Positions 56,805 to 64,000 of a DNA stretch of 64,000 nt are shown here, piece by piece. The notes under the pieces were generated by a model that did not search any database, was not told where the DNA came from, and saw nothing but the letters and a program-made list of their open reading frames with translations. Position 1 is the stretch's first letter. Every line of letters begins with the position of its first letter. Origin of the DNA: Lama guanicoe (Eukaryota); the NCBI GenBank assembly GCA_013239625.1, contig MU053482.1, positions 2,145,168 to 2,209,167 on the forward strand, given 5' to 3'. Made by a program: the position numbers and the translations under genes.

Positions 56805-58700
56805 ATGCATCCAGACTGGAAAGGAAGAAATAAAATTACCTCTTATTTGCAGATGATATGATCTTGTATGTAGAAAATACTAGCAATACCACTAAAACAC
56901 TCTTAATCTAACATGCAAGATCAAGCAAGTTTTCAGGATACAAAGTAATATTTTAAAAATCAGTTTTCTGTCCATACACTAGCAGTGAATAATCTGAAAA
57001 TGAAACCAAGAAAAACAATTCCATTAATAATAGCAGCAAAAAGAATAAAATACTTAGGAATAAATTTAACAAAAGAAATGCAAGACATAGGCTACAGACT
57101 ACAAAACATCACTGAATGAAATTAAAGACATAAATAAATAGAAAGATATCCCACATTCACAATCAGAAAACTCAAAGTGGCTAAAATGGCACTATTCCCC
57201 AAACTGATCTACAGATTGAACAGAATATCCACCAAATGTAGAAATTGACAAGCTGATCCTAAAATCTTATGGCAATGCAAGGGACCCAAAGCAAACAATC
57301 TTGAAAAAGAAGAATAAAGTTGGAGAACTCACACTTACCAATTTCAAAACATACTACAAAATCACAGTAATCAAGACACTGTGTACAGACATACGAATAA
57401 AAATAGAAATCAGTGGAATAGAATTGAGAGTTGAGAAATAAACCCATACATTTATGGCCAATTGATTTTTAACAAGGATGCTAAGACCATTCAAGAGAGA
57501 GAGAAGAGTCTTTTCAACAAACGGTGATCAGGCAAGTAGACATTCATATGCAAAAGAATACAGCAGGACCCTCATCTTCATACCATACCAAAAAAAAAGT
57601 AAAAATGGGTCATAGACCTAAATGTAAGAGTTAAAATTACAAAAGCAAAGCCTGGAAGAAAACATAGAGGAAATCTTTGTAACACTGGATTAGGCAATGG
57701 TTTCTTAGATATGACACCAAAAGCACAAGCAACAAAAGAAAAAAGACATAAATGTATTATATCAAATAAAAAACTTCTGTGCTGTAAAAAAACACCATAA
57801 GAAAGTAAAAAGACACCCACAGAATGAGAGAACTACTTGCAAATCATATGTATCTGCTAAGCAACTTGTATCCAGAATATATTAAGAATTCTTACAACTC
57901 AATACTAAACCACAAAATCCAATTAAAAAGTAGACAAAGGATTTAGCCATTTCTCCAAAGACATAAAATTGGCTAACAAGCACATGATACAATGTTCAAC
58001 ATCACTAGTCATTAGGAACACGAAATCAAAACCACAATGAGATATTACTCCACACCACCAGAACGGCTATAATCAAAAAGACAGATAAAAACAAGTGCTG
58101 GTGAGACGATGGAGAAATTAGAACCTTCATTCACTGCTGGTGGGAATGTAAAATTGTGCAGTCACTCTGGAAAACAGTTGGGCAGTTTCTCAGAAAGTGA
58201 TACATACAGTTACCATATGACTCAGCATGATCCACCTTTGAAATGAAAACAAGTTCATACAAATATGTGTACAAATGTTCACAACAGCATTATTCATAAT
58301 AGCCAAAAAGTGGAAACAACCCAAATGTCCATCAATGGACGAATGCATTAACAAAATGTGATATACCCATAAAATGGAATATTATTCAGGCATAAAAATG
58401 ATATATTCTACAACATGGATGAACCCTGATGCCATTTTTATGAAATATCCAGAATAGGCAAATCTACGGAGACAGAAAATAAATTAATGGTTGCTTAGGG
58501 TTGGGTGGAGGGTGGCAGAATGAAGAGTAACTGCAATGAGTATGGTGTTTCTTTTGGGGGGTAAAAAAAAAAAAGTTCTGAAATTAGCTCAATAGTGGTG
58601 AGGATTGCAGAATTCTGTGAACACATTAAAAACAAATGAATTGTACATTTTACATATGTGAATTTTATGGTATGAGAATTATATTTCAATATAAATGTTA
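56805..58700 (+). mobile_element. 5'-truncated old LINE-1 (L1MB-like): ORF2 3' part plus 3'UTR, antisense to DENND2B
   Basis: ttatttgcagatgatatgatc (LFADDM), aaaaagtggaaacaacccaaatgtccatcaa, L1MB-type 3'UTR ataggcaaatctacggagacagaaa; many stops. Confidence 0.88.
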
Positions 58701-61129
58701 AAACTTACAGGTAAAAGAAAATCGTTTTAAGAGTGGATGTAAGAAACAATAAATGATATACCAAACATATTTGCAACATGAATGTGCACTCTGGCCTGGG
58801 CTGCACCCTCACGGAAGCTGAATGGTGCAGGAACAGCAGTTCTCACTCTGGCATTCTTGTCACCTTGACCAAAAAGAAGTATATTTGGATATGAAAGTTA
58901 AACCTATTCATTTATGCCACTAAGAACCTTAATCCTTGTGACCATCCTATTTATTATCTTGGTACAATTAAACGATTGGTCTTGATGATCAAAATAAGGC
59001 AAAAACTAATTCTTGATATCATTTATAACTCTTTCCTAATTTCAACATGAAATGCACTACATCTAATTTCTTTAATTTCATGCAGGCTCTCAAGGGCCAT
59101 TGTTTTGGTGATAGTGTTAGTGAGTGAAGTGGGAGCTGGAAAGGCAGAAAGCAGACAGCAGGTGATGGCAGGTGATGGTGACAGCAATGAAATACCCCTC
59201 CAGGGTGAATACCACAGATGCTTTTAGAAAAACAAAACAAACCCTAAGCCTCACTTTTATTCTTCATAAAAAACCATCCCTACCTATTGGGAGAAAAAAA
59301 TCTCTATAAATTTAAGTATACCAGCATGTTAGTGATGGGGAGGAAGGAGAAGAGGAAGATGAGGATTCAATCCTGCCACCAGAGCACCTGTGCATACTGA
59401 CTCTAGTGAGATATTCTTTACTTGCACCAGCCCAGTACCAAGTTAAGCGCTTGGCATATGGCTACATGTGCAACAGGAAGAAGGGAAGGAAGAAACAGCC
59501 TCTGGAAGCTTTCCTAGGCCAGTTCTCAGGGTCCTTAAGGAGCACAGTGCTGCAAGGAATCAACTTGCTAAGCATCAGCTTTCAATCATGCCCATGGTAA
59601 CAACAGTCCTGATCACCATTGGAACCCACCAAAACAACACTGGACATGCTCCACCAGCTCCAGAGAAGGCCCTCAGGGAAACGGCAGAAGATCTACGGAA
59701 AGACCAGAAGCTGAAATATATTAAAAGAACATGATGAAAAATACATTTCTTCCTTTCCTGAATTTCCAACCTAAGGAGGTGGACCCACTGCTCTGAAATG
59801 CTATCATATAGTTGAATACGAGAACACAGAGCCAACTTAGTAAGAAGGAAAACTGTAGATCACTGTGATATTTGCTTGGAGCAAGAAGAAAAATCCTGGG
59901 AAGATGCAATCAAGAGAGGAGTAGATAAAAACTGCCACCAGGCCCATGGCAGTGACCCTTGGTCACACTTCTGCAAGAGATTAGCCAGGAGTTAAGGCGT
60001 CTTGGGCAGACACGGCTGACAATCACAGAAGGGCCAGCTAAGTCAGAGATGCCAACTCACCGCGCTCCTGCCCACCTGCACTCTCTAGCCAGGTCTATCA
60101 GGGTCAGGAAATAACCCAGTAGCTTGAGGAACTGAGGACCAGATTAACCCTTTACACCTGAAGCTCAGACTTGAGCACGCTGCATGGTTGGCTTCCTGGG
60201 GGACAGGGAACACTGCTTCCCTCAATGTCCTAAGAGCAACCCCAGGCTGTCATCTATGCTTTCAGCCTGATACCTTGGCTAGTCTGACTCAAATGAGAGA
60301 AGATGCTCCCAAGCAAAGAAAATACCCACTGGGGATAGCGCAGAGAAGCTAGGTGTCGGGGAAGAGAGGCTGTTTTATTAGTTCCCAGGCCCACCAATGG
60401 CAAAATCCAGGCAAAAACTACATGTTCGGAAAATGAAATTGTTCAATTAGCATCTACCACCAATCATGAATTGCTCAAAAACTCAGCTCTGACAAATTAC
60501 AGACAACTATCTGAAGAGTTACAAGCCAGAGAAATTAACATAATAAGGTACCACTAGAACTCTTCTACAAACTCTGTACTGAGATGGAGAGGCCACAGTC
60601 CCAGGTTCCGGAGGTACAGGGGGAAGCACACCTGACTTGGAGTCAGATAACTAAGTCCAGCCCTGCCTATAGCGAGTCCTAGTCAAGTGTCATTTCACAC
60701 GTGAGTTTTGAAGACCGTAAGAGCAATACTGATAACATGACCCACCTCACATGACATTATTCTGGTACACTGAAGCTTAATAAATGTTTTTCTTCCAGAT
60801 CATGCTTCTCTAGGTATTTGGAAGGCACCCTCTTCACTCCCAAGCTAGTCATTTTTTGGATTCCCCGCACTCCCCTCCAATCCATTTACTGTATGAGAGG
60901 CACTATGCAAGGCACTAGGATGTAAAAATGGACAGACACAGTCCCTGCCCTGGAGAAGCTAACTGTAAAAAGGGAGAAAAGTGAAGTAAAAAGTAGATGC
61001 CAGGAAGGCCTTATAGAGAGGTGAACCTATTTGTTAGCCACAGTAAGAGGACCTAAAGAAAGCAAATGTACGTTTATTATGAGAGGTGCTGCCAGATTCT
61101 TTATATAATTATAATGGTTAAAGTTGTAA

Positions 61130-61510
61130 GCATTTTAAAGGATTAAATCATTTAATCCTTGTGACAACCCTAAGAAGGGGGTACTATTATTATTTACACG
61201 TTACCAAGGAAACCAAGATACAGAGCAGTTAAATCGCTTGCTCCAAGTCACACAGCTAGAAAATGACAAGGCAGAAATTTCAGCCCAAGTGGCCTGTCCG
61301 GAGCCTCAGCACTGAGTCAGGCTCAGCACTGCCTCCAATCACTTTCTAATTCAGCTCTCACCATTCTCTGAGGTGGTGATAACACAGACTCAATTTTCCG
61401 ATGAGGAAATTTAGGTTCAGAGAGATTGATGACTGGCCCAAGATCACTCACCTAGTGAAGGAAGAGGGCATAAATGTGGACTCAGCTCTGTCTGACTCTA
61501 CTGTCCACTT
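61130..61510 (-). mobile_element. Two adjacent MIR fragments
   Basis: catttaatccttgtgacaaccct...ccaagtcacacagctag; gatgaggaaatttaggttcagagag...cccaagatcac. Confidence 0.65.
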
Positions 61511-61529
61511 ACTCTCCTTAACATTGATA

Positions 61530-61645
61530 GGGGTACTTGTTAAAAATTCAGAGTACCAGGCCTCAGCTCCCCCGCCTGAACAGGAATCCAAAATCTATGG
61601 GGATGAGGCCTAGGGATGTGCATGTTCAGTAAGCATTTTGGCTAG
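61530..61645. mobile_element. MER5A-like hAT MITE fragment
   Basis: cttgttaaaaattcagagtaccaggcctc...aatctatggggatgaggcctaggg...gcatgttcagtaagc. Confidence 0.6.
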
Positions 61646-62044
61646 TCTTATACACCTGTAACTGTGAAAACCTGTGTCCTACAGCATGCTCTCTGAGGAC
61701 TTGGAGAGGTAAGAAGGGTCACCACTGACCATCTTCCCAAGAGTTTGCCCAGCTGTGAGCAAATTAAAGATGAACACTCGGCCCCTCTTCTCCCACACCC
61801 CCAGCTTCTTCAACCTGCACAGAACCACCGACCCTCAACGACAAAGGAGCAGGCACATCACAGGACCCAGTGGGAGCATTATCACGGTCTCCTCTAAACA
61901 GTTTCCTCAGTCTTCAGTGTGCTCTCAGTTCCTGTATCTCAAAACACCCCTTCCCACCGCCCACCCCGGTAGCTGGCAGCTGCTCCGCTCACACTTCCGT
62001 CGCTTCCAAACTCCTGGGGAAGAGGGTTTATACCTGAAGACATT

Positions 62045-62230
62045 AACAGGTGGTTTGCAAGAGCAAAAATATGTCTTATATGGCCTTCCTTTAATGTTTT
62101 TAAAAAACTGAATTAGTTGTCAAACATTTTAAAAATTGTGAGTACATATAAAACACAAATAAAAATTCAGATTCTAGTTTCTCTTGAAAAATTAGAAATC
62201 TGCCATCACCATCTACCTTTCTACACGGCA
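62045..62230. mobile_element. hAT-Charlie fragment (MER102-like)
   Basis: caaacattttaaaaattgtgag...taaaaattcagattctagtttctcttgaaaaattagaaatctgcca. Confidence 0.45.
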
Positions 62231-64000
62231 GCAGTTGGCAGTCCATTTAGATGTAGCAAGCTCCCTCCAGTTTACCTCCCTCCCCACCCAGGCCTACAGC
62301 TGGCCAGCTTCACTCAGCTCTGGGCCCTGACTCTCCCAGTCGGCAGCTGAGAGCCACCACCCTAGCCTGGGTCCCAGCAGGGGAGGGTTGCGGGCAGGGC
62401 ACCGGAAGCAGCCACACATAGCATCCTGGGGGGCTGGGCTTGAGGAGCCCATCCTGGTCAGGACAGTGCCTCTTGGCTGCCCAAAACCCTTCATCTATCC
62501 CCCTCACTGACACTGGAGGAGAGGCCCTCTGGAAGGCTCCAAGCTTTCGCTCAGGCCAGCCTTCATCCTGCAATGCTCTCTCCAGCCCCCTCAGCACTCC
62601 CTCTCGCTACAATCCAGTCTCATCACCTGATCCACAGACGCTCTCTCCAAGGTCTGAGAAGGGACCCATTAGAGACCAGTCTCTGAAAGGAGCTTCTTAT
62701 AAGGAGTGCCCAGCCTCTGAGAATGAACCTTCCTAGAGCAACAAACAGTTTTCCCTTGTTTAGGTGACATTTCTAAATGTGTGGTACTTTTCTGGAGGCT
62801 TAATTATGGTCCACCCTGCCCCTGAGGAAGGAGGCATGTGAACCCTGAGGGCGATGAGGAACAGATGCGGCATTTGGAGGAAGTCTCCCGCTGTGCTGGG
62901 GTTAACGTCAGTTGTCACGCCGAGGAAACACTGCCAAGCACTTTGCTTCTCCGGTTCAGGTAAGAAGTCGACACACCGACCAAAGAGACCTCTAAACCAC
63001 ACGAGAGAATTTCTCCCGACCCTACATTTCACTAATTTCCTAAGCAATCTCTGGTGCGGAAGTAACAGCGGAGGAAGCAGCGTGGAGGGAAGAAGAAGGC
63101 AGGAGGGGAACTGAGCTCTGCTGTGCCCTGAGAACCTGGTTTCAGCCCACGGACTCTGCGGCTCGCTACAGCAGCGGTCCGCCTGTCCAGGAGTCAGCCT
63201 GCCCAAAGAACACCTCCCCAGACCCGCTTCACCTCCTTATTGACTCCCTCCTGCAGCCTTTCCTCAGCCCTAGGCCCCGCCAGGGGATAAGGAACAGACA
63301 GGCAGCTCCCCTAGAGAAGAGCTTAGGTCTTTCATTTCTTCCTCCAAGAGTCTCTCAGTAACTAATATTGGCACTGTGAAGTTTCAAGGAGGGTCATCGT
63401 TAGAAAGAGCTCCTTCTAAGCACCTAAACCAGAGTTCTCCAAAGCCTGAGCGTTTGATTCTTTCTTTCTCTCCTGCAGGTGCCCCTGGGCTGGGCTGGGC
63501 TGGGTGGGAGGCACTGTGTTTACCCTTCATGGCTCCGCTGCACTAACAGCTCAGGCCTTGCCCTAGCAGCTCACCTGCACAGCCTCTCTGTTCTCTGGTT
63601 TCCTAGGAAACTGAGCCACCCCCCAGGTCTCCTGACATCGTGGCCCACTCTGTCCACCCACAGCTGAGAAAGCCATAGGGCAGTGCCAGTTAGTTCTTCT
63701 CCATGTTTTGAACAATACTCAGAACACGGCAGAAAGTTCTGCACATAAAAGGCACACAAATAAATGTTAACTGACTGGTTAACTGATGGCAAAGGAGGCC
63801 CCCAATGAGTCAAAGGCAAGGAAGACAAAAGGCCCTAGAAATTCTAGCACTGGCATAAGCTTTAAAGGTGCACCTGTTCACTCCCCAAAGTCATGGCTGC
63901 TAAAAAACCAACGGAAGGGAGTTTTCCACCTATAGCTGCCACCCAGCTGGACTGTCAACCACAGGCCTTTTCCTCCCACCCCTCAGCCAATCCTGTCTGT

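Noticed and set aside
1..64000. CRISPR array, operon or other prokaryotic system
   Set aside because: No regularly spaced repeats or dense intronless genes; the window is explained by a spliced mammalian gene and interspersed repeats.

Overview
Mammalian genomic DNA, very probably camelid, judging by three tRNA-Ala(AGC)-derived SINEs of the Vic-1 type. The window holds the complete coding region of DENND2B (ST5) on the minus strand. I traced 19 coding exons by hand from the ATG at 55861 to the TAA at 5899-5901. All introns are GT-AG with matching phases, and the CDS sums to 3414 nt (1137 aa plus stop, the length of the long p126 isoform). The 3'UTR runs to an AATAAA at 5171-5166. The major promoter and first non-coding exon(s) probably lie beyond the right edge. 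The rest is intronic or intergenic DNA with L1, L2, MIR, MaLR/ERVL LTRs, hAT MITEs, SINEs and microsatellites; repeat family names are recognised by eye and their boundaries are approximate. The most notable unexplained structures are: (1) an L1 whose intact 5' end is fused directly to mid-ORF2 (candidate spliced retrocopy); (2) a candidate alternative N-terminal exon at 48.5-48.8 kb in the correct phase; (3) a TATA/AP-1 candidate internal promoter just upstream of the Met giving a 609-aa isoform; (4) a candidate ATG|GTGAGT mini first exon; and (5) an antisense donor/acceptor pair in a CpG-rich patch near 63 kb. No prokaryote-type system such as CRISPR or an operon is present.
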